Below, piece by piece: positions 1 to 9,654 of a stretch of 64,000 nt of DNA. The notes below the pieces were generated by a model. The model searched no databases, was not told where the DNA came from, and worked only from the letters and a program-made list of their open reading frames with translations. Position 1 is the first letter of the stretch, and every line of letters begins with the position of its first letter. This stretch comes from a candidate division FCPU426 bacterium (GTDB lineage Bacteria; Oederibacteriota; Muellerivitia; Muellerivitales; Muellerivitaceae), in contig CAWCKJ010000003.1 of the NCBI GenBank assembly GCA_963796105.1, forward strand, positions 448,001 to 512,000, given 5' to 3'. Both the position numbers and the translations under genes were made by a program.

Positions 1-1126
1 CAACATTATGTTTAACAGTACGATTAACTTCATAGTTAGTAGTATTTTCTTCTTTCGAATACTGTGCATTGCTACCAGCAACAGCTTGATAGCCCGGAAT
101 ATTAGAATCGGTACCAGGGACACCCCCGACAAAAGTTGAGGGAAAACCACCATCACCAACATATTGCTCTTTTTTAACTTGGCTTGAACGCGCAATTCCC
201 TGCCCATCAACAACGGGTTCAAATATTTCAGAATCATTTTCTGTTTTATCAAAATTAAGTTCAGCAGAAACAGATACAGCGATTCGATTATTTCCGCCCA
301 TAACTTTCGTCAACATGGAAGTGATTTTTCGTTCTAAATCTTTTTCAAAATTTTGTTGTACTTCCAACTGATGAAGAGTAAGTTTCGCCTGTTGAGTAAG
401 CGTACCGCCATTATTTAGGTTATCCGAATTATTGTCAGCAGCCTCTTCTTGTAAAAAGCTTGAGAGAATGTTTCCCTTGCTATCAATAACCTCTACATTT
501 TCTGTTTTTAAACCTTCAACGCTCGCAGCCACTAAATGAACAATTCCACGAACTTGTTCTTTTTTCAATATGGCATCTTGCTTAAGTTGCAACACAACCG
601 AGGCTGTTGTCGGTTTTTCTTTCTCTGTAAACAACTCCGGTTCTGGAATAACTATACTAACCCGGGCATTTTCAATTTGCTGCAAATTACCAATTGTTCT
701 CTGTAATTCGCCTTCCAATGCTCTTTTATAATTCACTTTCTGGGTGAAATCAGTTGTTCCCCATTTAGGTTGATCGAAAATCTCATAACCAACACCACTA
801 CCACGGGGCAAACCTTGACCCGCCAAATTTAAACGCGTATCGTATACTTTTTCCGAAGGCACCAATACTAAAACATAACTATCTTTACTCCCCAATCGAT
901 AGGGAATGTTTTCCTTTTTCAATTCAGCTGTTACTTCTGCGGCATCTTTCTGGTCTAAATGAGAATACAAAACCTCATAATGCGAACGAGTTGAGATAAA
1001 AATAAAAATAATTAGTGAAAAAAACAATAAAACGGGAATAACGATCAGTAAAGTCTTTTGCAACCTATTAAACTTCCCCCACACTTCTTTAAACTGCTGG
1101 ATTAATTGTTGTAAAAAATTATTCAA
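1..1126 (-). CDS. fliF: Flagellar M-ring protein FliF (3' end outside window)
   Basis: Manual translation from TTG at 1126: MNNFLQQLIQQFKEVWGKFNRLQK...YEVLYSHLDQKDAAEV...RLNLAGQGLP...GYEIFD...RALEGELQRTI; follows fliE; absent from ORF track because it runs off the edge. Confidence 0.93.
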   Translation of the reverse strand, partial: MNNFLQQLIQQFKEVWGKFNRLQKTLLIVIPVLLFFSLIIFIFISTRSHYEVLYSHLDQKDAAEVTAELKKENIPYRLGSKDSYVLVLVPSEKVYDTRLNLAGQGLPRGSGVGYEIFDQPKWGTTDFTQKVNYKRALEGELQRTIGNLQQIENARVSIVIPEPELFTEKEKPTTASVVLQLKQDAILKKEQVRGIVHLVAASVEGLKTENVEVIDSKGNILSSFLQEEAADNNSDNLNNGGTLTQQAKLTLHQLEVQQNFEKDLERKITSMLTKVMGGNNRIAVSVSAELNFDKTENDSEIFEPVVDGQGIARSSQVKKEQYVGDGGFPSTFVGGVPGTDSNIPGYQAVAGSNAQYSKEENTTNYEVNRTVKHNV

Positions 1127-1185
1127 TTTTCATCATCCTTAAATTACTAGTTGTATCCGCCGAATCGCACCTTAATGATAATAAA

Positions 1186-1518
1186 TTAAATTTGCATTTG
1201 AATAACAGATTGATACGCCTCTAACATTTTATTACGTATTTGTATTGCATATTGCAAAGAAATGCTAGCTTTTTCCATTGATATAATTACATCATGAAGA
1301 TTATCAGTACCACCGCTTGCTATATTTTTTATTGAATCATTGGCACCAACTTGACTAGCATTTAAATCATTTAAAGCTTTCTTCAATAAATCTTTAAAAT
1401 TAGCAGGAGAAACCTCCGCAACATTGTTCAAATTTGATTCAGTAAGAGGATTTGTAAAAGAAGGTAAAACTTGTGTTAATGATATCGGCATTTGAATTGG
1501 TTGAATTTCCATTATCAA
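1186..1518 (-). CDS. fliE: Flagellar hook-basal body protein FliE
   Basis: NLHDVIISMEKASISLQYAIQIRNKMLEAYQSVIQMQI C-terminus; between flgC and fliF. Confidence 0.95.
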   Translation of the reverse strand: MIMEIQPIQMPISLTQVLPSFTNPLTESNLNNVAEVSPANFKDLLKKALNDLNASQVGANDSIKNIASGGTDNLHDVIISMEKASISLQYAIQIRNKMLEAYQSVIQMQI

Positions 1519-1538
1519 ACCTTAAAAAGTATTCTAAC

Positions 1539-1994
1539 TTACTTCCCTATTCCTAATGCTTGAAGTGCCATGGACTTTGTGGCATTAAAAGCTGTGATAT
1601 TGGCCTCATATGCTCTTGTTGCTGAAATAAGATCTACCATTTCATTTACCACATTAACATTTGGATAAGCCACGTAACCTTCCGCATTCGCGTCAGGATG
1701 ACCAGGATCAAAAACCATACGTGGCGGAGACGGATCTTTTTGAATGCCTGTAACTCTAACTCCAGCAGGTAATCCATCTGTAGTCATCATGGATTCTAAA
1801 GGGGAAAATATTGGAGAAGCATCAAATCTCGGTGCAAAAACAACTCGTTGACGTATATATGGACCACCATCCATGGTCCGTGTTGTATTTGCGTTGGCAA
1901 TGTTATTTGAGATAACATCCATCCTCAAACGTTCTGCTGTTAAAGCAGAAGCTGAAATTGCAAAAGGAGCAAAAACCCCGGACAATGCACCCAT
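1539..1994 (-). CDS. flgC: Flagellar basal-body rod protein FlgC
   Basis: SASALTAERLRMDVISNNIANANTTR, DPGHPDA, YPNVNVVNEMVDLISATRAYEAN. Confidence 0.97.
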   Translation of the reverse strand: MGALSGVFAPFAISASALTAERLRMDVISNNIANANTTRTMDGGPYIRQRVVFAPRFDASPIFSPLESMMTTDGLPAGVRVTGIQKDPSPPRMVFDPGHPDANAEGYVAYPNVNVVNEMVDLISATRAYEANITAFNATKSMALQALGIGK

Positions 1995-1996
1995 GG

Positions 1997-2425
1997 TTAT
2001 TGCCTCCCTTCAGTAATTGAGTGTTTGATATTAGCCAAATACCTACCAGTCACATCTGCCAAGCTGTTATATATCAAGTTATTCTGTGCCAATAAACCTG
2101 ATTCCATCTCTAAATCCACGTTGTTTCCGTCATTGCGACCTATTGTTTCATTAACAGTATGAATATCAGGTTTAAAATCATCTAAAGAAATTTTTTGTGG
2201 AATAGGAAAATGCATCGGATTTGTGCACCAAAGAGGAGAATCTTGATTTTCGTTAAGAGCCATTTTCAACTTATCTTGAAAGGAAACTATTGAACGTTTA
2301 AATAACGGGGTATCTATATTAGCTAAATTGTTCGCAATGACTTGATGTTGGATGGAAATTGCATCAAGACTTTTTTGTAAAACAGTTAAAGGATCAATAA
2401 AAGCAACTGGGCTTATCACGCTCAC
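1997..2425 (-). CDS. flgB: Flagellar basal-body rod protein FlgB
   Basis: VIANNLANIDTP and RNDGNNVDLEME motifs; first gene of flgBC-fliEF. Confidence 0.96.
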   Translation of the reverse strand: MSVISPVAFIDPLTVLQKSLDAISIQHQVIANNLANIDTPLFKRSIVSFQDKLKMALNENQDSPLWCTNPMHFPIPQKISLDDFKPDIHTVNETIGRNDGNNVDLEMESGLLAQNNLIYNSLADVTGRYLANIKHSITEGRQ

Positions 2426-2524
2426 TCCCGAGGAACAATAATAGATTAAAAAACGCCGTTAAATTCAAGCGCAATATCTCTAAAAAAAACTAAATCGAAT
2501 TCCTAATTAAGCAACTTAAAATTA

Positions 2525-2557
2525 TTGTCATTATGACAAAGGTTTTATGACTGTCAA
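2525..2557 (-). promoter_or_regulatory. Putative sigma70 promoter of flgB operon with overlapping palindrome
   Basis: Minus strand TTGACA (2557-2552)-N16-CATAAT (2535-2530); palindrome TTGTCAT-T-ATGACAA at 2525-2539. Confidence 0.5.
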
Positions 2558-2640
2558 GAACTATGCAAGCAATAACCCCTGATTAATAAGGCTATTAAAC
2601 ACATTTTCCTTTTAAGGAATTAATACAAGCTTAAAAAGTT

Positions 2641-2901
2641 TTAATGTCGATAACCTACCACAACTAATTTTGTTTTATTGTTTTTCTCCTGGGCAAGGAG
2701 GGCTTTTATTCCCCGAAGATTTATCCCCTGTTCAGAAAAAAAAACAATTTTTTTGCACAGAAGAAAATCTTTTTTATTATAAACTCGTGTTCGATTTGCG
2801 CCAAAACGGGAGATCTTTATGAGACCAAGTCTTTCCCAATTTCTGAGGGTTTGCTCATGAACCCCAAGCCTAGATGCAATCTCAGTAATGGTTTGAAACA
2901 T
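2641..2901 (-). CDS. MerR-family HTH regulator (short, HspR/GlnR-like)
   Basis: TITEIASRLGVHEQTLRNWERLGLI...RTRVY...GINLRGIK; ATG at 2901 is the likely start. Confidence 0.85.
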   Translation of the reverse strand: MFQTITEIASRLGVHEQTLRNWERLGLIKISRFGANRTRVYNKKDFLLCKKIVFFSEQGINLRGIKALLAQEKNNKTKLVVVGYRH

Positions 2902-3027
2902 CGAAACCCTTTTTGTTGATAAATGCAATACTCAACAAGTTGATAACGGTATTGTAAATAGTCATTAGTTGCTTAAAAGCTTTAAGGATAAAGAAGCGTC
3001 TGTAAAATTAGATTTTCACTCCAAGCC

Positions 3028-3073
3028 ACACCATATATTGTGGGGTTATATTTTCAACTACTATATATTGTTT
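3028..3073. promoter_or_regulatory. Tandem NrdR-box-like sites
   Basis: ACACCATATATTGTGG (3028-3043) and CTACTATATATTGTTT (3058-3073) match the NrdR consensus acaCwAtATaTwGtgt; 30 bp apart. Confidence 0.6.
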
Positions 3074-3086
3074 TTAACGACTTAAT

Positions 3087-5207
3087 TCAATTTCCCTTAT
3101 ATTTTTTGAAGCAGTTTCTACCATTTTTCTTTGCATCATATAGAGCAATATCCGCATTCATAATTAGTGTTTTCTGTTCTGAGGCGTCAAAAGGATAAGA
3201 AGCAATACCTAATGATATAGTCACATTATATGAAGTTTTCCCATTTCCCACAAATTCACATTTTTCAATCTTTTTTCTTATTCTTTCGGCCATTTCCATG
3301 GCACTATTTCCATCAATTTCAGGAAATATAATTGCGAATTCTTCCCCACCATATCTTGATAATGTATCTATTTTATTCCTAATTGTTGACTGGATTAATT
3401 CTGTAACTATTTTCAGTACTTTATCGCCTTCTTGATGTCCAAAAGTATCATTAAATTTTTTAAAGTGATCAACATCTAATAAAATAAGGCTTAAATCTTT
3501 GTTGTATCTTTCTGCTTTTACAATTTCCTCATAAAGTTTCTCTTGAAAATATCGATGATTATAAACACCAGTTAAACCGTCTTTAATCGCCATCTCTTGA
3601 ATTTGTTTAATCATCATTGCATTTTCTAATGCCATTGCCGTTTGATTAGCAAGTGTCGTTATAACATCTTTGTCATACTCTTGATAAGCGTTTGATTTAA
3701 TACTATTGAGTCTAATAATTCCGAGCATATTCTCGCCTGATAATAGCGGTATCATTAAAAACGACTTTATCGTTCCTAACATTCCTTCTTTTTTAGTGAA
3801 ATTTTGGGGTGTATTTTCTTTTTTCCCATCTGTGTAAAGAATAGGTTTTTTGTTCCCAATAATCCACGAAGTTAATTCATCTTCCAAACGAATTGATCTT
3901 CCCTTTTCTTGATCCGGACCCACCCAAGCGCAAATATCAAATCCCTTGTCGTCGCTCCGAATTAATGCAATTAAGGCAGAATCACTATTTGTCATTCGTA
4001 GAGCAGTTTTTAAAGACGTTTGCAAAACTTTATCAATATCAATGATATTTTTATTGAAAGAATTTGATAACTCATTTAGCTCTTGGAGATTTTTCGTCTT
4101 AACACTTGAAAAATGAAGAACACGAGAACCTTGTATAGTTTCAGCTAATGTTTTCACAAAGGAATCAATCAAATCTAATTGCAGTTCTGAAAACACATCT
4201 TGTTTTAAATGGTCCAATACTAAGACACCAACAAGCTCTTTTTCCTCTGTCAAATTCAATTCCGTATTTGAGCCAGTTATATAAATGGGTTGAATAATTA
4301 AAGATTTAATAGGTTGAGGCTTTAAATAATAAGGAAGCGCTGACGCACTTTCCGAAGTAATGGGGTCAAGGATTATTTTTCTTTTTTCCTTTGCAGTCAA
4401 GCCAATCAATGTTTCACCAATTAATATAGTTACATCTTGGGCTATTGATTCAGAATCAGTTGAAAACGCCCGAAGTCGCAAAACATTTTTATCGCCGATT
4501 GTTGTCACCAAAAAACAAGCCACCGTATAGGCTTGAATAGGTTTTTGAAATATTTTTAATTTTCTATTTAATGATTCCTCTAATTCCATAACAGTTCCGA
4601 CTCTTGCTGAAAATTTTTTCTCCTCACGTAAAAGATTATCTTTTTGCAAATTAAAAGAAGACGGTTCTGCTAATGTTGCTAAATTTTCCGCCTCTTCCTT
4701 GAGGAAATTCAAACGCAAATTAAGTTTTTCTTTTTCTTTTCTTGTTTTAACGATTTGGTTGAAAAATAATGCGGTAACTAGATAACCTGCCCAATGGAGG
4801 AAAAGAGGGAGATCTTCAGGAAGATTTTCATGATGAAATGAAATGGCTTCCAAAAAACCAAAAATTAACCCGGCAATAAAGCCATATACTGATTTGCCTT
4901 CCCATGCAACTACACCAATGAATAAGAAAGCAAAATAAATTAAAGGGGATTGATCACCACCTGTTCTTTGGATTAATAATTCAAATAAACTGATACTTCC
5001 TAAAACAATATAAAGCTTTAGTGGATTTATTAGTAATTTAAAGTGGATTAATAAAAATAACCACATACAGGCAAAACCCCAACAAACAAGTAAAGTTAAA
5101 GAATTCACTTGCAGTTGAGGTTTTATTAATAATCCACTAAGGGACAATAAAATAATCGAAGAAACAATTACAAATAAAGCGACTTTAAGAATCTTAAAAT
5201 TCTTCAA
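3087..5207 (-). CDS. Membrane diguanylate cyclase (TM region + 2 GAF + GGDEF)
   Basis: Hydrophobic N-terminus; two GAF-like segments; DGLTGVYNHR, DVDHFKKFNDTFGHQEGD, RYGGEEF. Confidence 0.92.
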   Translation of the reverse strand: MKNFKILKVALFVIVSSIILLSLSGLLIKPQLQVNSLTLLVCWGFACMWLFLLIHFKLLINPLKLYIVLGSISLFELLIQRTGGDQSPLIYFAFLFIGVVAWEGKSVYGFIAGLIFGFLEAISFHHENLPEDLPLFLHWAGYLVTALFFNQIVKTRKEKEKLNLRLNFLKEEAENLATLAEPSSFNLQKDNLLREEKKFSARVGTVMELEESLNRKLKIFQKPIQAYTVACFLVTTIGDKNVLRLRAFSTDSESIAQDVTILIGETLIGLTAKEKRKIILDPITSESASALPYYLKPQPIKSLIIQPIYITGSNTELNLTEEKELVGVLVLDHLKQDVFSELQLDLIDSFVKTLAETIQGSRVLHFSSVKTKNLQELNELSNSFNKNIIDIDKVLQTSLKTALRMTNSDSALIALIRSDDKGFDICAWVGPDQEKGRSIRLEDELTSWIIGNKKPILYTDGKKENTPQNFTKKEGMLGTIKSFLMIPLLSGENMLGIIRLNSIKSNAYQEYDKDVITTLANQTAMALENAMMIKQIQEMAIKDGLTGVYNHRYFQEKLYEEIVKAERYNKDLSLILLDVDHFKKFNDTFGHQEGDKVLKIVTELIQSTIRNKIDTLSRYGGEEFAIIFPEIDGNSAMEMAERIRKKIEKCEFVGNGKTSYNVTISLGIASYPFDASEQKTLIMNADIALYDAKKNGRNCFKKYKGN

Positions 5208-5236
5208 TCTTAAACCTGTCTTAACAGAAAGATTTT

Positions 5237-5341
5237 TTAAAGTCGCCCTTGCCTTCTTAATAAAGCACGCATTTTACGTCGGTGTTTTTTCCTTTTATGC
5301 GTCTTAATTTTTTGGCGATGCCGTTTTTTTCCACAAGGCAT
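5237..5341 (-). CDS. Small basic protein, bS22/AURKAIP1-COX24 (mS38)-like ribosomal protein
   Basis: Manual translation MPCGKKRHRQKIKTHKRKKHRRKMRALLRRQGRL*; GGGAGG RBS just upstream. Confidence 0.8.
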   Translation of the reverse strand: MPCGKKRHRQKIKTHKRKKHRRKMRALLRRQGRL

Positions 5342-5504
5342 TCAATTCCCTCCCGAGAAAATTCATTTTAATTTTCATACTTATTTTAATTTTCTAAATA
5401 AAGTTTAGTAATATTTAAGTTAAATAATTAATTTAATGTTTCAACATTTCTCAATAGTTTAACAGAGAAATATCAATGAAGTAAAATTGTTCATTAACAT
5501 GTTC

Positions 5505-6548
5505 TCAACAATTACTCTTCAAAGTTTTTTCAAACGGAGGTCGGCAAATGCCTTTCTCCAAAACAATCGCAGTAATTAATAATCCGGGTGTAATGTCAAA
5601 TGAAGGATTATAAGCGGGATATTCTTGTTTAGTTATTGGAAACCCTAACGGTTGTGTTACTTCGCTTGAATTTCGTTCCTCTATTTTAATATTACTCCCG
5701 TTTTTTCTGTTCAAGTCAAGGGTAGTAGATGGTGCAATTACATAAAACGGTATTTTATGTTCCTTTGCTAAAACCGCCAAACTATAAGTACCTATCTTAT
5801 TTGCGGTATCTCCATTTGCCGCAATTCTATCTGCGCCGACTATGACCGCATCAACTTTATTCTGTTTCATAATAAAAGCAGCCATATTATCAGTAATCAA
5901 ATGAAAATTAATCTTTGCCCGGTCCATTTCAAATGCAGTTAATCGTGCACCTTGCAAATAGGGTCTTGTTTCATCCACCCAAACATGAAGGTTTTTATTT
6001 TTTTTTGCAGCTTCTGTTATCACGGCTATAGCTGTTCCAATACCGCCAGTCGCCAACGCCCCTGCATTGCAATGGGTTAAAACATTCTTGCATTTTTTTA
6101 GCAATATTGAACCATGTCGTGCTAACTTCAAACACAACTGCTTATCTTCTTCGTGTATTTGTAACGCTTCCTTTTCTAATTTTAAAATTTGATTCGAAAT
6201 GGATTCGTTAACCCAAAATTTTAGAGTTTTTCGCATTCGTTCAAGCGACCAAAAAAGATTTACAGCGGTTGGACGTGTCTTCCATAATCTCTCAATCGCT
6301 TTTTCTATATTCTTTTGAAAAGACTTATTATTAACATTTTTGTTTTTATAAGCCGCTAACACAACACCATAACTAGAAGTCACACCGATAGCAGGAGCCC
6401 CTCTAACCGTCATGTTTTCTATCGCACGCGCCACCTTTTCTGAAGTATCGCATTTGATCCAAACCTCTTTAAATGGTAACTTTCTTTGGTCAAGTAAAAA
6501 TAAAGTATTATTGTTCCAGTAAATTGGGCTTAAGGGATTTTTCATCAT
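5505..6548 (-). CDS. mtnA: Methylthioribose-1-phosphate isomerase
   Basis: LLDQRKLP, VRGAPAIG, TRPTAVNL, THCNAGALAT, DETRPYLQGARLT, ANKIGTY. Confidence 0.97.
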   Translation of the reverse strand: MMKNPLSPIYWNNNTLFLLDQRKLPFKEVWIKCDTSEKVARAIENMTVRGAPAIGVTSSYGVVLAAYKNKNVNNKSFQKNIEKAIERLWKTRPTAVNLFWSLERMRKTLKFWVNESISNQILKLEKEALQIHEEDKQLCLKLARHGSILLKKCKNVLTHCNAGALATGGIGTAIAVITEAAKKNKNLHVWVDETRPYLQGARLTAFEMDRAKINFHLITDNMAAFIMKQNKVDAVIVGADRIAANGDTANKIGTYSLAVLAKEHKIPFYVIAPSTTLDLNRKNGSNIKIEERNSSEVTQPLGFPITKQEYPAYNPSFDITPGLLITAIVLEKGICRPPFEKTLKSNC

Positions 6549-6558
6549 TTTCCAATAA

Positions 6559-7398
6559 TTATTTATTTTCTAGAGAAAAAATAACTTCCTGCATTAACTC
6601 GGTCAATTTCGGTTCCGCTTCTTGAGAATATCTAATTATTTTTTTAATATCAGCGGGTTCAAGAATATCCGGAATACATTGATCAGTAACCACTGAAATG
6701 CCAAGAACTTTTAACCCACAATGAACAGCAACAATTACTTCAGGTACCGTTGACATTCCTACAACATCCGCCAAACTTGAAAGCCAACGGTACTCTGCAC
6801 GAGTTTCCAAATTTGGGCCCGTCACTGCAACATAGATGCCCTTATGTATTGGTATTCTTTTTTCCCAGGCGATTTTTTCCGCCAAGAGGATCAATTCCCT
6901 CGAATATGGTTCAGACATATCTGGCCATCGTGGACCTAGCTTGTCATCGTTTTTACCTATTAAAGGATTGTCCCCCATCATATTAATATGATCCTCAATT
7001 ATCATTAAGTCTCCAGGCTGAAAAGTCCTGTTCATTCCACCACAAGCGTTTGATACAAGAAGATATTCGATTCCAAGAGCTTTCATAACCCTTACCGGAA
7101 ATGTGACTTGCTCAAGTGAATAACCTTCGTATCGGTGAAAACGTCCCTTCATAGCAATTACTTGTGTATTTCCCATTTTCCCCAATACTAATTCACCGGC
7201 ATGTGATTCGACTGTCGAAAGTGGAAAATTAGGTATGTTTTTATACGATATTCGTATTGGTTCCTTAATTTCTGATGAAAGCGCCCCTAATCCAGTCCCC
7301 AAAATAATTCCTACTTTTGGTTTTTTTTTGGTATATTTCAAAATTATTGAAGTTGATTCGTTAATTTTCTCTAATAAATCATTCATTTTGGTTCCCAA
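6559..7398 (-). CDS. Purine nucleoside phosphorylase (trimeric type)
   Basis: GIILGTGLG, STVESHAG, GRFHRYEGY, GPNLETRAE, DVVGMSTVPE. Confidence 0.94.
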   Translation of the reverse strand: MGTKMNDLLEKINESTSIILKYTKKKPKVGIILGTGLGALSSEIKEPIRISYKNIPNFPLSTVESHAGELVLGKMGNTQVIAMKGRFHRYEGYSLEQVTFPVRVMKALGIEYLLVSNACGGMNRTFQPGDLMIIEDHINMMGDNPLIGKNDDKLGPRWPDMSEPYSRELILLAEKIAWEKRIPIHKGIYVAVTGPNLETRAEYRWLSSLADVVGMSTVPEVIVAVHCGLKVLGISVVTDQCIPDILEPADIKKIIRYSQEAEPKLTELMQEVIFSLENK

Positions 7399-7463
7399 CT
7401 CTCCCTCTCGGTTTTTCTAATCAATGACCTAATTTCATCAGAATTGAATCCGTAAAAATTAAT

Positions 7464-7684
7464 TATTTTTTTTGTGATGTTATACCTTTCGTAATTTTCA
7501 AAAATCTTTTTTTCAAATCTAGTTTTCCAGCTCTTAATTAAATATTCTCTTTATTCGCATTTACTTCTACAGGCGCAGAGTGACATTTTATCTTTAAATA
7601 ACCATCCTCCACACTGACAATTTCATTCCTAGACGCTCGTTGTAATGACTTTAAATGAGACGCTACAATATCCCTCATGGTCAT
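7464..7684 (-). pseudogene. yggU: DUF167/YggU family pseudogene
   Basis: Translation ...QRASRNEIVSVEDGYLKIKCHSAPVEVNANKENI*LRAGKLDLKKRFLKITKGITSQKK*; in-frame TAA at 7538-7540; yggS-proC-yggT-yggU synteny. Confidence 0.7.
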
Positions 7685-7714
7685 AGATAATTATTTCTTA
7701 TAAATTCGAGTTCT

Positions 7715-8014
7715 TTAACCTCTCAGTGTGTAGCAAATTAGCAATATCCAAGAAAAACCCAAGTGGGCCATAAATAATAGTAATATCAATAAGATTAATC
7801 CACGGCTATCAAATGATTTCCATTTAATCTGAAGAATATCAAACCCAGCACTTAATAAGGGTCGAATACTTAAAAATATTATTCTCCTCAAATAATTCAA
7901 CTTAGAATTTGGGAGCAAATGGAATATGAAATCTAAGAATAAAGCTAATGCGAGTAAGTCGCTGCTTATGACAATAAAATAACCAACTATTAAACCTAAT
8001 GAACCCATTAACAC
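7715..8014 (-). CDS. yggT: YggT-family membrane protein (divergent)
   Basis: Small hydrophobic ORF directly after proC; synteny with yggS/proC/yggU. Confidence 0.6.
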   Translation of the reverse strand: MLMGSLGLIVGYFIVISSDLLALALFLDFIFHLLPNSKLNYLRRIIFLSIRPLLSAGFDILQIKWKSFDSRGLILLILLLFMAHLGFSWILLICYTLRG

Positions 8015-8024
8015 TAATCCTTAT

Positions 8025-8843
8025 TTACTTACGCAAGTCCTTACTACGTTGAACCGCCGCAGCAATAGCAGAATACATTACTTCAGCAAAATGCAAATTA
8101 TCCATTTCAAGTAATGCTGCTTGAGTGGTGCCTCCCGGAGATGTAACTTGCATTGTCAGTTCTTCTGGTTTTTTCCCAGAGTTTAATATCATTTTCGCTG
8201 CCCCATAAATTGTTTGTGAAACCAGGTAAAAAGCAGTTGTTGAATTTAACCCGTGTTTTTTACCTGCCGTTGTTAAAATCTCTACTAAACGAAAAAAATA
8301 TGCAGGCCCACTTCCGGAAAGGGCTGTGACTATGTCCATTTGGTTTTCTTTGACAACAATAGTTTTTCCTACTGAGGAAAATAACGATAATACCAACTTC
8401 AATTGTGCTCTATTTGCCCTTCTTCCTGGAGATATTGCCGACATTCCCGCGCCTAATAGTGCCGGGGTGTTTGGCATGACACGAATGACAGGACATCCTT
8501 GCGGAAGAGCTTTTTCCAATTGATTTGTAGAAATACCAGCGGCAATAGATACAACCAATGCTTTTTTAGGGAAAAGGGGTCCTACCGTTGATAATAACTT
8601 TTCCATTTGTTGAGGTTTTACCGAAATAAGAATTAATTTTGTTCCCTTGAGTACAGAAACAGGATTATTGGTAGTTTTTATCCTTAAAGTTCTAGGTTGA
8701 TATTTAAATTTTTTCAAATCAATATCAACGGCTGTAATTCTGTCTCTTTTAATTATTTTTGTAGAAACCCAACCGGAAGCTAATGCTTTCCCCATTGCTC
8801 CAAATCCAAGAATCGTCGTTTTACCCAGGAATTTCACTCTCAT
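8025..8843 (-). CDS. proC: Pyrroline-5-carboxylate reductase
   Basis: GFGAMG, SVKPQ, SIAAG, RVMPNTP, ALSGSGPAY, VTSPGGTT. Confidence 0.97.
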   Translation of the reverse strand: MRVKFLGKTTILGFGAMGKALASGWVSTKIIKRDRITAVDIDLKKFKYQPRTLRIKTTNNPVSVLKGTKLILISVKPQQMEKLLSTVGPLFPKKALVVSIAAGISTNQLEKALPQGCPVIRVMPNTPALLGAGMSAISPGRRANRAQLKLVLSLFSSVGKTIVVKENQMDIVTALSGSGPAYFFRLVEILTTAGKKHGLNSTTAFYLVSQTIYGAAKMILNSGKKPEELTMQVTSPGGTTQAALLEMDNLHFAEVMYSAIAAAVQRSKDLRK

Positions 8844-8910
8844 CCTTTTAAATTATATAAATTTTGAAAAACACTTGAAATTAATAATTTTAACTCTTTA
8901 AGGATAAAGT

Positions 8911-9594
8911 TTAATTAAACCTATTTCCAAATAAAGCAGTCCCCAGTCTCACTAATGTGGAACCTTCTTCAATGGCTACTTCAAAATCGGAACTCATCCC
9001 CATAGAAAGAATATCAAAGCATTCTTTATTAATAGTAAGTGCCCTTACTTGATCATATATTTCTTTCAACCTTTTAAAGGAATTCCTTTGTTTATCAATG
9101 TCATTTGTTAATGGTCCAATTGTCATAAGACCTCTTAATTTCAAGAACGGCAAGTCAGTGATCATTTTAATAATCTCTAATACTTTTGAAACTTCCACGC
9201 CTGCTTTAGAGTTTTCTCCAGAAATATTTACTTCTAATAATATTTCCTGATTTCGTCCATCAAGTCGCTTTTCCAGGGCTAAGGCCAACTCTGTTGAGTC
9301 AATGGATTGAATTAATACAAATTTATTCTTGATTTTATTTATTTTATTCGTTTGTAGTCGTCCAAGTAAATGCCATCGAATGTCAGCGGGCAGCAACTCT
9401 ATTTTTTTTAACGCTTCTTGTATCTTATTTTCTCCAAATTCCTTCAAACCATAACCATATGCTATTTTTATAATTTCTACTGGCCAAGTCTTGGTTACCG
9501 CCAATAATTTTATATCCTCGGGTTTTCGCTTCGATCGCAATGCGGCAGAAGCTATCCTGTTTTTCACTTCATGAAATCGCGACTGGAAATCCAT
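8911..9594 (-). CDS. yggS: PLP homeostasis protein YggS
   Basis: LLAVTKT, FGENKIQE, WHLLGRLQTNK, LRGLMTIG, LSMGMSSDF, GSTLVRLGTALFG. Confidence 0.96.
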   Translation of the reverse strand: MDFQSRFHEVKNRIASAALRSKRKPEDIKLLAVTKTWPVEIIKIAYGYGLKEFGENKIQEALKKIELLPADIRWHLLGRLQTNKINKIKNKFVLIQSIDSTELALALEKRLDGRNQEILLEVNISGENSKAGVEVSKVLEIIKMITDLPFLKLRGLMTIGPLTNDIDKQRNSFKRLKEIYDQVRALTINKECFDILSMGMSSDFEVAIEEGSTLVRLGTALFGNRFN

Positions 9595-9654
9595 CGATCA
9601 ATAGTTTCCCTTTATTTCGAGTGAATTATGGAAATAAGTTGATAAAAGAAGAGA

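Noticed and set aside
2915..2943. HspR HAIR-like inverted repeat upstream of the MerR gene
   Set aside because: Arms and spacing deviate from CTTGAGT-N7-ACTCAAG, and no chaperone genes are adjacent
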